Origin: Nitrosopumilus sp.
GTDB lineage: Archaea > Thermoproteota > Nitrososphaeria > Nitrososphaerales > Nitrosopumilaceae
NCBI GenBank assembly: GCA_965238275.1
Contig: OZ250186.1
Location: 800,001-864,000 of the forward strand
Length of the DNA stretch: 64,000 bases
Reading direction: 5' to 3'
The notes beneath the pieces are model-generated. The model was not told the origin of the DNA. It was given only the letters and a program-made list of their open reading frames with translations, and did no database searches. How positions within the stretch are numbered: position 1 is the first letter of the stretch; every line of letters begins with the position of its first letter. Below are positions 47,666 through 57,925 of the stretch, one piece after another. The translations under genes were made by a program, and so were the position numbers.

Positions 47666-48477
47666 CCTGCGTGTGCAGACGGATACGAACCCAGCACCTT
47701 CATGAACAGCGTCTGCGATTTTATCTTCTCAAGCATACCGGCAATGTGCGGATCCGATGCATGTCCGTCAAAGTCAACGTAAAAGTTGTACTCCCAGGTG
47801 CTTGTCTTGGTGGGTCTTGACTCTATCTTTGTCAGGTTGATGTTGTTGTCGTGAAACTTTTCAATTATCCGAAACAGCGAGCCTGGCTCGTGCTTTATGG
47901 AAAATATCAGCGAGGTCTTGTCCTTGCCCGTGGCCTGTCGCCTCCCCTTTGAGAGTAACAGAAACCTTGTGTAGTTGTTGGGGTTGTCTGCAATGCTGAC
48001 TGCCACCACCGGCACGCCGTATATCTCCGATGCCCTTCTGCTGGCAATACAGGCACAATCGCTCCTGCCCATCTCCTTGATTATTTTTACGCTTCCTGCC
48101 GTATCGTATGATGAGATGGGCTTGATGCGGTTCTTCTCGATAAACCCCTTGCACTGTCCGAGTGCCTGCGGATGGGAGTATACGGCGTCTATCTCCCCAA
48201 GACTGCCTGTGCCGATCAGGCAGTGCTCTATCTTGTGGTAGATCTCCCCGGTCGCATTCAGTGGCGTGGAGTACAGCAGATCGTAGCTTCTGCCGACGCT
48301 TCCCTCTATGGAGTTCTCTATGGGAAGAACCGTATATTCTGTCCTTCCCTCTGCCGTACTCGCGAGGGCCCTGTCAAACGTCTCACACGGCACTGCCGTG
48401 ATCTCCGGACCAAGGAACTGCACGGCTGCATCCTCGCTGTACGCGCCACGCTCTCCCGGGAATGATACATCCGTCAT
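47662..48477 (-). CDS. pheA: Prephenate dehydratase
   Basis: GERGAYSE, PIENSIEGSV, SHPQALGQC, NYTRF, LTKIESRP, LGSY. Confidence 0.95.
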   Translation of the reverse strand: MTDVSFPGERGAYSEDAAVQFLGPEITAVPCETFDRALASTAEGRTEYTVLPIENSIEGSVGRSYDLLYSTPLNATGEIYHKIEHCLIGTGSLGEIDAVYSHPQALGQCKGFIEKNRIKPISSYDTAGSVKIIKEMGRSDCACIASRRASEIYGVPVVAVSIADNPNNYTRFLLLSKGRRQATGKDKTSLIFSIKHEPGSLFRIIEKFHDNNINLTKIESRPTKTSTWEYNFYVDFDGHASDPHIAGMLEKIKSQTLFMKVLGSYPSAHAG

Positions 48478-49031
48478 CTGTTTTCTCTTAGGTTTACAAA
48501 CTCGCCGCTGCCAAAGTTTGAGGATAGCTTTCTCTCGTCGATCCACGAGCACTCCCTGCACTTTATGGCATCCCGCATGGGCATCACCTCGCACCCGCAC
48601 TTTCTGCACTTGGTAAACAGTACTCCAAGACGGGACTCGTCGATCGTGGCGTGAATGGTACCGTTGAGGTGGCTGAGAATCCTCAGCGCCACTATGTCGC
48701 CTACCAGTGCTATGTTTCTCCTTCTGATGTTTCTAGTTGAGCATACGCATTCCACCTTGGACGTGGTGGGCTTGCCGTTGATATAGTCTATGGAGATTGC
48801 AATCATTGATGACATCACTGCAGCCACAGTCCCCACGATGACATCGCCCTGATTGGGCACAGAGAGAAGCTTTGGATGGCTTATGCTGGCAACGCGTGCT
48901 ACCTTGTCGATGTGCTTTCTGCCCACCGTCGCTGCCCTGACCATGCTTCCGTCGTCAAACGTGTTCCTGCCTGCCTCGTACTCTTCGATGGATGATATGA
49001 CATCCCCTGGAAATATTACATTTTCAGACAT
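48474..49031 (-). CDS. csl4: Exosome complex RNA-binding protein Csl4
   Basis: PGD...EEY, S1 domain, LGVL..KCRKC...KCREC..IDERKLS. Confidence 0.9.
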   Translation of the reverse strand: MSENVIFPGDVISSIEEYEAGRNTFDDGSMVRAATVGRKHIDKVARVASISHPKLLSVPNQGDVIVGTVAAVMSSMIAISIDYINGKPTTSKVECVCSTRNIRRRNIALVGDIVALRILSHLNGTIHATIDESRLGVLFTKCRKCGCEVMPMRDAIKCRECSWIDERKLSSNFGSGEFVNLRENR

Positions 49032-49157
49032 GCATAGAGTCGATCTGCTGTGATTATAATTGTTTGTGGGAATCGTCTGTGACCTGTTAACAAAAACAAG
49101 CTTGTTGGTAAACACGGATTGTTGTTGTTTTTGCTATACTACATGTCTGCAACATAG

Positions 49158-52100
49158 TTGTTGAACAGAGCTTGGATCCTGCTGCCTATCCTGACAGCAT
49201 CTGTATTGATAGCCGGATATGATGCCGCATACGGCCTGCTCCCGCCGGCGCCAAGTTCTACCACGTATACCACACATAACGGCATGCTCGTCATAGAGTT
49301 CAGCGAGCCGGTAACCATGATCGACTATTCAAAGATACACATACGCAGTGGCGACACCGGCATCACACTTGCAGACGTGGTAGTGAAAACAAACGATACC
49401 GATACCATAACTGCCACGTTCAACCCCAACCAGAAGGCGACCTTTGAGACCATGATCCTTCCCAGACTGGCAGTGGATCATGCCGCCGTATTAGGACAGA
49501 TTGACACCCCGATTCTGGAGGGAAGACACATCATTACCATACATGACACCAAACCGCCCGGGTTTGTATCTGCTGTATACAATGCAACTGATAAGCAGGT
49601 ACGCATCACGTTTGATGAAAGGATCATCAAACCGGTTGATCGTACAAAACTGCATCTCCGCGAGTCCGGCAACAGCACGGGTGGCATTACGCTTACCTCT
49701 ACCAATATTGTACATTATCACGGAGACACCCTAATTGTTAATCTTAAGTCGCCCCAAAATGCGACATTTGGCGGGTTTGACATGCCACAACTGGACATTG
49801 ATGCCGGCGCCGTGTCTGATGAATCGGGCAATCTGATTGCCGTCGCGCCGGACCAGCGAATCGACACAGACGACGCGATCGCACCGTCGGTGGAATCGGT
49901 GAAATACGATACCAATCTGAGACTGCTGCTCATCACGTTTGACGAGCCGGTAGCGGAACTGGCCTATTCAAAGATGCACATCCGAGATTCCGGCAACAGC
50001 ACCGGCGGCATCACTCTCTCCTACATAGGCCCTCGACACCATATTGCCAATACGGTGTCTGTCTTGCTTGATACGCCCAAGACAGCAACATTCCATGAAA
50101 TGTCTGCCCCCCAGCTGGACGTGGATCCTGGCGCGGTGTCTGATTTCTCTGGAAACGGCATAGCCGCCGCCCAAAACGACATTACAATCGCCATAAGCGA
50201 TACCGTCCGGCCGGTCTTCGAGTCTGCACGTTACAGCACCAGCGATAGTGTCCTGAGCATCACGTTCAGCGAGAACGTGACTGTCGGCGGCTCTCAGAGA
50301 CTGTACATACATGATATCAACTACAATCATACAAACGGCATATCCCTTGGCACAGACGATCTCAGTTTCGCACTAGGCAACGTCGTAAACGCCACACTGA
50401 ATTCGTCCCATATAGATGCCATAGACAGTATGCACGCCCCGCGGCTGCACATCCCTCAGGGTACAGTATATGACGGTTTGGGCAATGGGATAGCACCTGC
50501 TGCGGACTTGGAGATAATCATAGACGATGCCGCACCGCCTGCGCTGGTTCACGTTGAATACTCCACAGATGACGACAAAGTATATCTCACATTCAACATG
50601 CCCGTGGACAATCCGAACCACTCGAAGCTACGCATACACGATTCTGGCACCATTCTCGGCAGCATTCAGTTTAACAACACCATATTCGTACGCACTGAAG
50701 GTGACACCATGACTGCCTATCTTCACGACGCTCAGGAGAAGGCGATAGAATCCATGGCAGCGCCGCAGCTGGACATTGATGCAGCTGCGGTATCTGATGC
50801 TGCCGACGCCTTAAACACGATTCGGCCAGCTGCCAACCTGACCATCAGCATACCTGACACCATTCCCCCAGAACTTGCTTCTGCAACGTACACCACCGGT
50901 GACGGCACGCTGACTGTCACGTTTGACGAGCCGATATCCCTGCTAAACTATGCAAAGATGCACATCCGCGACTTGAGTACCTCCAGCAGCGGCATCAGCC
51001 TTGCCGACGTCGTCTCGATACGACATACCGCCGGTACCGATACCGTGACTGCCACACTCGACTCACTCCAGAGGACCGCCTTTGAGACCATGGAAAGCCA
51101 CATCCTTAGGATAGACGAGTCTGCAGCGTACGACACGGCTGCGGCATACGACATGTCTGCCAACGCCATCCGGGCAAAAATCCTTTTGATCAACGTATTA
51201 GATACTACTCCACCGGCGTTTGTATCATCCACGTATGATGCAGTTCTGAACATGACAACTGTCACGTTTGATGAAAGGATCATCGAACCGGTTGATTATA
51301 CAAAACTGCACATCCGCGACTCCGGCAGCGATACGGGCGGCATTACGCTTATAGATGTCTCGCCGAAAGTGCACCGTATAAATTCCCTCAGTGTTACGCT
51401 TAACGCGTCCCAAAATGACGCATTTGGAAATCTTACTGCACCCCAGCTGGACATTGATGCCGGTGCCGTGTCTGACGAATCAGACAATTCGATTGCCGCC
51501 ACGACAGACCGGCCAATCATCCAAGACAACAGGACCCTGCCGCTTGTGGTATCGGTGGAATACGACACCAATCTGGAAATGCTGAGCATCACGTTTGACG
51601 AGCCGGTACACACGCCGGATTATTCCGGACTGCGCATCCGTGATTCCGGCATCCACACCGGCGGCATTCAGTTTGACGAGATTCCGCGGAGACACCAGGC
51701 AGGCACCATGATGCATGTCATACTAAACGCGAGCTTGGTAGGTGAATTCAACGCAATGTCCGAACCCCGGCTGGCCATCGACCAGGATGCCGTGCGCGAC
51801 TACTCTGACAACGAAATTACCGGCACCATCAAAATCCCAATCACGATAAATGACACCACCCGGCCGTCGGTTGAATATGCCGCATACAAGATGAAACACG
51901 TTGAAGAACCAAAAATCACATCTGCCGTATACCATCCGGGATTCGGCAACATGACGCTCATGTTCAATGAACCAGTAACGGAGCCGGATCTTGCAGACCT
52001 GTACGTCCGCGACTATGTACACTACGTGTCCCTTAACATGTCCCATGACATGTCCAGGCAAGACCCGATAACCAACCAGTCCATTACAGTCTGGTTTGAC

Positions 52101-53897
52101 CCACCTCACCAGTCTGAAATCCACTATCTGAACACCCCGTTGTTTGGTATCAAACGTGACGCCGTGTCTGATAATGCAACCACTCCAAATCAGATTCTGC
52201 CCTTCCTTGACAAGTTCACCGTAGTCGACATAACTCCGCCCAGACTTATCATCGCAATCAAGTCTCTCCCTGACACAGTTGACCTGTACTTACTTGAGGA
52301 TGTTGTCAGCGTGAATGCCACCTCTGGGGACTTTGCAGTGGAGTACGGCAATATCCCAATCCCAGCATCCAAAATCGAAACCTTCGGCGATCACATCAGG
52401 TTGACGTTCACTACTCCCCTGCCTGATGATATACCCAGCGTCGACCCGTACATCACCTATACCCGGACACTCGGAACCATAGAGGACCTTTCAGGAAACA
52501 TTTTTGAAGACATTGAAGATGAATACTTTCCTTTGTATCCAGTTGAATCCGTCACATTTGTTAATGCGGAGCCAGTATCTGTTGGTGGCGAGCCAGTAAT
52601 AGCAGCACAACAACAACAGAGCTTGGATGACAATGAAGAGGACGACGTACAGAACGACGGCGTCAACCGCGAGAACGGCAACGGCATCGACGGCATCGAC
52701 GGCATCGACGGCATCGACGGCAACGGGGACGGCGGTAGCAGCGGCAACGGGGACGGCGGTAGCAGCGGCAACGGGGACGGCGGTAGCAGCGGCAACGGGG
52801 ACGGCGGTAGCAGCGGCAACGGGGACGGCGGTAGCAGCGGCAACGGGGACGGCGGTAGCAGCGGCAACGGGGACGGCGGTAGCAGCGGCAACGGGGACGG
52901 CGGTAGCAGCGGCAACGGGGACGGCGGTAGCAGCGGCAACGGGGACGGCGGTAGCAGCGGCAACGGGGACGGCGGTAGCAGCGGCAACGGCGGCAACGGC
53001 AACCCGGGCTCATCCGGAATCATCTCCAGTAACAATCACAGATCCAGCTCGAGCGGCGGCAGCAACGATCCCCCGGTCTTGGATCTTAACGCGCTGCGCG
53101 ATTCCCAATTTAACATAGATATCCCGTATGCATTACTGCAAATCGTCCATGACCCTGATTGGCGCACGCCCATATCCCCGATTGTCGTCAACTGCACGTT
53201 TGACTACCCCGTGACGATAAACGGCCTAGGGTATCCGCTGGCAGGTCTGTCCAACACGCTTGACTCGCAGGAAGTTGTGGCCGACCAGCCGACCAGCATC
53301 GACTTTGTCCTATACGACTACAACACAATTGCCCACTTTACCCTCTACATGAACCTGCATGATACGGACATACACTACTTCAACAGCGACACGTTCATCA
53401 GGCTTGACAACGGCAACCTTCAGGTGACGGATCCTAACGGCTGGCTTGCAAACGTCACTGTGACGCAGGAGACAGACGAGAAATACTCGTTCAAGACCAA
53501 TGTCAACTTCCTTGTCACGTTTAATGAGACAATGGGAAACACCAATCTGGTGGCCAGAACATGGGACAGTCGGTCCTCCACCACACTGGCACACATGATA
53601 GATGCAATCACGGTAATACCTGCAGCCAACGCCACTGCAACGCCGATTCCGGCAGACCCCTTAGTTCCCGCACCCGACCCGGGAACTTCCGAGGCCGACA
53701 TGCTGTTGGCCATCCGCATGTGGGCAGGATTTGACTCCACGCCTGCAACCGATGCCGAACTGCTTGAGGCGCTGAACCTGCCGCAGGACGGAGAAATCCC
53801 GTCATGGGTAAAGCCAAACCTGGGCAGAATGGTCTCACTGGGCGATATCACAGTTGCCGAGTTCGTAACCGCGGTGTCGTGCCTGCTCGGGGTCTGA
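49158..53897 (+). CDS. Large secreted/surface protein with tandem Ig-like repeats
   Basis: Signal peptide; about 9 repeats of ~110 aa (D..P..V...Y...L.ITFDE.V...LHIRD...LDIDAGAVSD.SGN); Gly/Ser/Asn linker; C-terminal IRMWAG...IPSWVK...EFVTAV segment typical of thaumarchaeal surface proteins. Confidence 0.85.
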   Translation: MLNRAWILLPILTASVLIAGYDAAYGLLPPAPSSTTYTTHNGMLVIEFSEPVTMIDYSKIHIRSGDTGITLADVVVKTNDTDTITATFNPNQKATFETMILPRLAVDHAAVLGQIDTPILEGRHIITIHDTKPPGFVSAVYNATDKQVRITFDERIIKPVDRTKLHLRESGNSTGGITLTSTNIVHYHGDTLIVNLKSPQNATFGGFDMPQLDIDAGAVSDESGNLIAVAPDQRIDTDDAIAPSVESVKYDTNLRLLLITFDEPVAELAYSKMHIRDSGNSTGGITLSYIGPRHHIANTVSVLLDTPKTATFHEMSAPQLDVDPGAVSDFSGNGIAAAQNDITIAISDTVRPVFESARYSTSDSVLSITFSENVTVGGSQRLYIHDINYNHTNGISLGTDDLSFALGNVVNATLNSSHIDAIDSMHAPRLHIPQGTVYDGLGNGIAPAADLEIIIDDAAPPALVHVEYSTDDDKVYLTFNMPVDNPNHSKLRIHDSGTILGSIQFNNTIFVRTEGDTMTAYLHDAQEKAIESMAAPQLDIDAAAVSDAADALNTIRPAANLTISIPDTIPPELASATYTTGDGTLTVTFDEPISLLNYAKMHIRDLSTSSSGISLADVVSIRHTAGTDTVTATLDSLQRTAFETMESHILRIDESAAYDTAAAYDMSANAIRAKILLINVLDTTPPAFVSSTYDAVLNMTTVTFDERIIEPVDYTKLHIRDSGSDTGGITLIDVSPKVHRINSLSVTLNASQNDAFGNLTAPQLDIDAGAVSDESDNSIAATTDRPIIQDNRTLPLVVSVEYDTNLEMLSITFDEPVHTPDYSGLRIRDSGIHTGGIQFDEIPRRHQAGTMMHVILNASLVGEFNAMSEPRLAIDQDAVRDYSDNEITGTIKIPITINDTTRPSVEYAAYKMKHVEEPKITSAVYHPGFGNMTLMFNEPVTEPDLADLYVRDYVHYVSLNMSHDMSRQDPITNQSITVWFDPPHQSEIHYLNTPLFGIKRDAVSDNATTPNQILPFLDKFTVVDITPPRLIIAIKSLPDTVDLYLLEDVVSVNATSGDFAVEYGNIPIPASKIETFGDHIRLTFTTPLPDDIPSVDPYITYTRTLGTIEDLSGNIFEDIEDEYFPLYPVESVTFVNAEPVSVGGEPVIAAQQQQSLDDNEEDDVQNDGVNRENGNGIDGIDGIDGIDGNGDGGSSGNGDGGSSGNGDGGSSGNGDGGSSGNGDGGSSGNGDGGSSGNGDGGSSGNGDGGSSGNGDGGSSGNGDGGSSGNGDGGSSGNGGNGNPGSSGIISSNNHRSSSSGGSNDPPVLDLNALRDSQFNIDIPYALLQIVHDPDWRTPISPIVVNCTFDYPVTINGLGYPLAGLSNTLDSQEVVADQPTSIDFVLYDYNTIAHFTLYMNLHDTDIHYFNSDTFIRLDNGNLQVTDPNGWLANVTVTQETDEKYSFKTNVNFLVTFNETMGNTNLVARTWDSRSSTTLAHMIDAITVIPAANATATPIPADPLVPAPDPGTSEADMLLAIRMWAGFDSTPATDAELLEALNLPQDGEIPSWVKPNLGRMVSLGDITVAEFVTAVSCLLGV
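52683..52982. repeat. Intragenic VNTR: 9 bp x4 plus 24 bp x11
   Basis: GGCATCGAC x4 (52683-52718), then GGCAACGGGGACGGCGGTAGCAGC x11 (52719-52982). Confidence 0.96.
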
Positions 53898-53967
53898 ACA
53901 ACTCCTGCCGTGCTGCGGTTCTCCTGCATCATCGGTTGGTGACACAAAATCAGGATCTTCTCCAGAT

Positions 53968-54144
53968 TCACTCGTCTGGTCTGCGCACCATTATGTCATC
54001 GCCGGAAATGACAAACTTTAGTTTGTCGGGATTGCCAAGCATTTCAAGTATCGGTTTTGGTATGTAGCTGTAGTTTGTCAGACGCTTCTCGTTTTTGATC
54101 ACAGAAACGGTAAATTCCTTGGCGTCTTTGGCCCACTGGGTCAT
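53968..54144 (-). CDS. Small AbrB-like passenger protein (58 aa) inside IS6
   Basis: MTQWAKDAKEFTVSVIKNEKRLTNYSYIPKPILEMLGNPDKLKFVISGDDIMVRRPDE. The IPK.I...LG pattern is AbrB/SpoVT-like. Confidence 0.7.
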   Translation of the reverse strand: MTQWAKDAKEFTVSVIKNEKRLTNYSYIPKPILEMLGNPDKLKFVISGDDIMVRRPDE

Positions 54145-54215
54145 GAATTTTTTTTAGCTGCCTGTTATTTAAGACTGGTAGAAAGATCTATGTAATAATA
54201 CCAATTGGTTTATTT

Positions 54216-55361
54216 ATGAACAGGGCAAAACGCGCCAAAACGGCGGCAAGGCAGGGACAGGTGATCAGCAACGACCCAAAGCAGGTGAGGATGACAAGTC
54301 TCAGACGATGGAATGTGGCATCGCAGTCTATTCCAGGACTGTGGTATCTGGTGATTCTTGGCTCTGCCGGGTTTGTATGCGCGTGCCAGCATTACGTCAA
54401 TTGTGACGGCCTGTGCAAGCACGTGCGGGCAGTGGACGTGTTGCTTGGCCGGATGTGGGACCGGTGCAGGAACCAAAATACAATTGTCATTAGCATGCCT
54501 CAGACTGCATGCCACCATTGCAAGTCGACTGTGTTTGCACGCAACGGGCACCGGCACAACGCGTACGGGCCGATCCGGCGGTACCGGTGTAAGCCGTGCG
54601 GCCGGACATTCTCCGGACGGCCGGGCTTCAAGAAGCGCCATGCCGGCCCGGAGGCGATATCCCGGGCGCTCAGGGAGGCAGCGTACGGGCTGTCCTGCGC
54701 TGCGGTGCAGGCAGTGATGGCACAGGACGGAACAACCGTGCATTCAAGCACGATATACAGGTGGACTGCGCATTATTCGACGCTGATGGATGAATATTCA
54801 AGGCGGCTGCAGCCGCGCACGAGCTACAAGTGGCACTGTGACGAGATACATTTCAAGGTTCGCGCGCAGGCGCGGTGGCTTTTTGCCGTCATGGACGGCG
54901 CCAGCAGGTTCATACTGTCCCATGACGTGTCTGAGACAAAACTCAACTACAGACCCGCCCCCCTGTTTGCAGCCGCAAGGAATCTGGCCGGAACCACCCC
55001 GTGGGTGCTGGTAACAGACGGCCTGCAGGCGTTTTGTCCTGCCGCCCGCAGGGCGTTTTGGAGACGCAACGGCTTCAGGCTGATCCACGTCCGGGAGATT
55101 CACCTGAAGAACCGCTTCAGTCATAACAACAAGCACGAGAGGCTTAACGGTGAATTCAAGGATCGCATCAAGACCGCCCGCGAGTTCGGGACAGAAAGTC
55201 CCGCGCTTGTGCGGCTGATGATCGTCCACCACAACTTTTTCCGCCCCCATGGCGGCATTGGCAAAATTACACCCGCAGAGGCCGCAGGGATCGTCATATC
55301 TGGAACGGACAAGCAGATCACCCTCATCAGTAATGCAGCAGCTGCTGCAGCAGCAGCGTAG
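54216..55361 (+). CDS. IS6-family DDE transposase with SWIM and Zn-ribbon N-terminus
   Basis: CAC...CKH (SWIM), CHHC..CKPC, HSSTIYRW, WHCDE, VTDG, NNKHER, NFFRPH. Confidence 0.9.
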   Translation: MNRAKRAKTAARQGQVISNDPKQVRMTSLRRWNVASQSIPGLWYLVILGSAGFVCACQHYVNCDGLCKHVRAVDVLLGRMWDRCRNQNTIVISMPQTACHHCKSTVFARNGHRHNAYGPIRRYRCKPCGRTFSGRPGFKKRHAGPEAISRALREAAYGLSCAAVQAVMAQDGTTVHSSTIYRWTAHYSTLMDEYSRRLQPRTSYKWHCDEIHFKVRAQARWLFAVMDGASRFILSHDVSETKLNYRPAPLFAAARNLAGTTPWVLVTDGLQAFCPAARRAFWRRNGFRLIHVREIHLKNRFSHNNKHERLNGEFKDRIKTAREFGTESPALVRLMIVHHNFFRPHGGIGKITPAEAAGIVISGTDKQITLISNAAAAAAAA

Positions 55362-55655
55362 TCGCAGCAGCAGCAGTAGCAACGGCAGCTGTAGCAACGG
55401 CAGCGACACACGTAGCCCAGACTGGCCTTGGCGTGATGGATGTCCCATCAATGCATGTCATGGCAATGACTGGGATTATCCATCACAACTGGCAGATTCT
55501 CCCTAGAGGAATTATGATTTAATGGGGAATGGCATAACGGTGCGTAAAACAGCAAGTAAATCTGGAGAAGATCCTGAATTTGTGCCACCAACCGATGATG
55601 CAGGAGAACCCCGTGCTGCTCACACTGATATATCTCCAAGTATGCCAGATGTGCA

Positions 55656-56732
55656 ATGAGGGCGCTGGTATACGACAGGTATGCAGTTGACGACGACTAT
55701 TCCAAGATACTGCAGATCCGGGATGTTCCCCGCCCGACCCCCGGCCCCGGCCAGGTCGTATTCCGTGTAGAGGCCGCCGCGCTCAACTATGACGACATCT
55801 GGGGCATGAGGGGCAAGCCCCTGGCAGTCCCACTGCCCCACATCTCCGGCACCGACGCTGCCGGCGAGGTGGTCGCGGTGGGAAGCGACGTCCGCGGCAT
55901 TAGTATAGGCGACAGGATAGTCTCGCACGGAAACCTATCCTGCAGGGTCTGCAGCGCATGCACCGGCGGAAGAGAGTACGACTGTCCAAAAAGATCCATC
56001 TGGGGGTTTGAGACCGGACCCCTGTGGGGCGGATACTGTGAGTATGCCCACCTTCCCGAGTACAACGCAGTCCGGATTCCCGACGGCGTCTCATACGACG
56101 ACGCGGCTGCTGCATCCATGACCCTTATGACGTCATGGCACATGCTTGTGGGCCGGGCCAGAATACAGCCGGGCCAGCTGGTATTGGTAATGGGCGGGGG
56201 TTCGGGGGTTGGCAACTATGGCATCCAGATCGCCAAGATGCACGGGTGTGTGGTGATTGCCACTGCCAGTCCGGACAAGCTTGACAGGCTGTTGGACCTG
56301 GGGGCAGACTATGCAGTGGATCACCGGCAGGACGACTGGCACCGGCAGGTAAGGAAGATTGCAGGCAGCCTTCCGGTGCCATACGGCGACGTGCCCGGGG
56401 TGGATGTGATATTTGAGCATATAGGGGGATCCCACTGGAACCGGGAGCTTGCCCTGCTCAACTACGGCGGAACCATAGTCACCACGGGAGCCACTACGGG
56501 GTATGATGCCCGAACCGACCTGCGCCACATATTCTTCAAGGGAATCAACATACTCGGATCCACCCAGGGCACCAGGGCCGAGCTGGAACAGGGACTCTAC
56601 TGGATGTCCAGGGGCAAGATAAGATCCGTCATAGACTCGGTGTATCCGCTGGAGGATGCAGTCCAGGCGCACACGAGAATGCTGCGCGGCAAGGGGCTGT
56701 TCGGAAAGATCCTGATAAAGCTGCAACTGTAG
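55656..56732 (+). CDS. Zinc-binding dehydrogenase/reductase (MDR family)
   Basis: PHISGTDAAGEV, structural Zn CRVCSAC..C, GGGSGVG, GATTG, FGKI. Confidence 0.88.
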   Translation: MRALVYDRYAVDDDYSKILQIRDVPRPTPGPGQVVFRVEAAALNYDDIWGMRGKPLAVPLPHISGTDAAGEVVAVGSDVRGISIGDRIVSHGNLSCRVCSACTGGREYDCPKRSIWGFETGPLWGGYCEYAHLPEYNAVRIPDGVSYDDAAAASMTLMTSWHMLVGRARIQPGQLVLVMGGGSGVGNYGIQIAKMHGCVVIATASPDKLDRLLDLGADYAVDHRQDDWHRQVRKIAGSLPVPYGDVPGVDVIFEHIGGSHWNRELALLNYGGTIVTTGATTGYDARTDLRHIFFKGINILGSTQGTRAELEQGLYWMSRGKIRSVIDSVYPLEDAVQAHTRMLRGKGLFGKILIKLQL

Positions 56733-56748
56733 GGCAAATACCATCCGG

Positions 56749-57744
56749 CTACAGCCAGTGGGGAATCTCCAGATACCCTTCGATGTCCTCGTTTCGCAGA
56801 ACCTTGAGCAGGGCGTTTGCCTGCGGTGTGGACAGGACCGGCATGTCAAACTGGTTGTCAGTGGATATTCTGGGGCACGCCACCTGCACGAATGCGTCAA
56901 TACCCCTGATGTTTCTGAGCCTCTCGTTTGTTATGTCTGTCATCGCAAACAACTGTACCTTCTTGCCTTCTTTTTCAAGATCCCTTTTGATCTTCAGGGC
57001 AAACACCTTTGACAGCTGCCCTTCCTTGAGCCCCACTATCACCCCGAACGTCTTTGCCTGTGCTGCCTTGTACACCGCCAGGGTGGCCTTTCTCTTGAGC
57101 TTTTGCGCAAACTCGCTCACCTCTCTTACCTCGTTGAAGTAGGGATCCAGCACGTAGGTGGGCAGGCCAGTAGAGAGTGCGACGCCTGCGGCATGAAAGT
57201 TGCTCTGCCCGAGGAACACGTACGCATCCACCGTCTTCTTTAGTTCTGTAGCGGGATAAAACTCGCATCCAAACACCTGCCCGTCGTTTAGCTGGCCCTT
57301 TCCGCTGCCTATCACGACCTTGACTCCGTCGGCTTCAAGTATTTTCCTGACCGGCTCCACCTGGCGCAGGTGCTGGCTGTCGGTGACAAGTCCGACTGTC
57401 TTGCCTGCAAGCATGTCTGCGCACTTTTTTGCCACGCTGTCAAATCCCACGTCGTCAAAGGCGTCAACCAGTATCGTGGTTCCATCCGGAGACTCGGTGT
57501 TTATGGTGTGGCCTATGTTGAAGTGTATTCCGGCGCCAAGAACCTCGGCACCCTTGGCGTTGAGGTCGCACGTCCCCCACGTCGTGTCTGCAATGACGTA
57601 TGCCGGGATTCCAAACCTTTCTGTTATCTTTACTGCCGTATCCTGAACGCCGGCAATTATCCCCTCCGGGCCGTTGAGCGAGACAGATGCAGGCTGCCTC
57701 CTTTCAATCTCCTCAAATATCCTCTCCTCGTCTATTACTATCAA
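56749..57744 (-). CDS. dph2: Diphthamide biosynthesis enzyme Dph2
   Basis: PEG, WGTCD, GH, GQVFGC, FH, K.GQ, ACPRI. Confidence 0.92.
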   Translation of the reverse strand: MIVIDEERIFEEIERRQPASVSLNGPEGIIAGVQDTAVKITERFGIPAYVIADTTWGTCDLNAKGAEVLGAGIHFNIGHTINTESPDGTTILVDAFDDVGFDSVAKKCADMLAGKTVGLVTDSQHLRQVEPVRKILEADGVKVVIGSGKGQLNDGQVFGCEFYPATELKKTVDAYVFLGQSNFHAAGVALSTGLPTYVLDPYFNEVREVSEFAQKLKRKATLAVYKAAQAKTFGVIVGLKEGQLSKVFALKIKRDLEKEGKKVQLFAMTDITNERLRNIRGIDAFVQVACPRISTDNQFDMPVLSTPQANALLKVLRNEDIEGYLEIPHWL

Positions 57745-57925
57745 TGTCAGATTGTGGTGCTGTGCTTTTAATTTAAACCAAATGGCTTTGCCGTGTCAGA
57801 ACAGATGTCTGGACAGATAAGAATTCGTTTGGATTAGTATGCAGACTTGGACTGGCAATCTCAGACTTGACCATTCACCTACAGGAACCGCCAACAACTA
57901 AAAATACCCACGCCATACTGACTCC

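Larger units (their letters stand above)
53917..55610 (+). mobile_element. IS6-family element with long TIRs
   Basis: TIRs start GGTTCTCCTGCA and are 50/52 identical (53917-53968 vs 55559-55610), with weaker similarity to ~80 bp. Direct repeat CCGTGCTGC at 53908-53916 and 55611-55619. Confidence 0.93.

Noticed and set aside
52683-52982. CRISPR array
   Set aside because: The repeats are head-to-tail with no spacers and lie in frame within a CDS; no cas genes are in the window.
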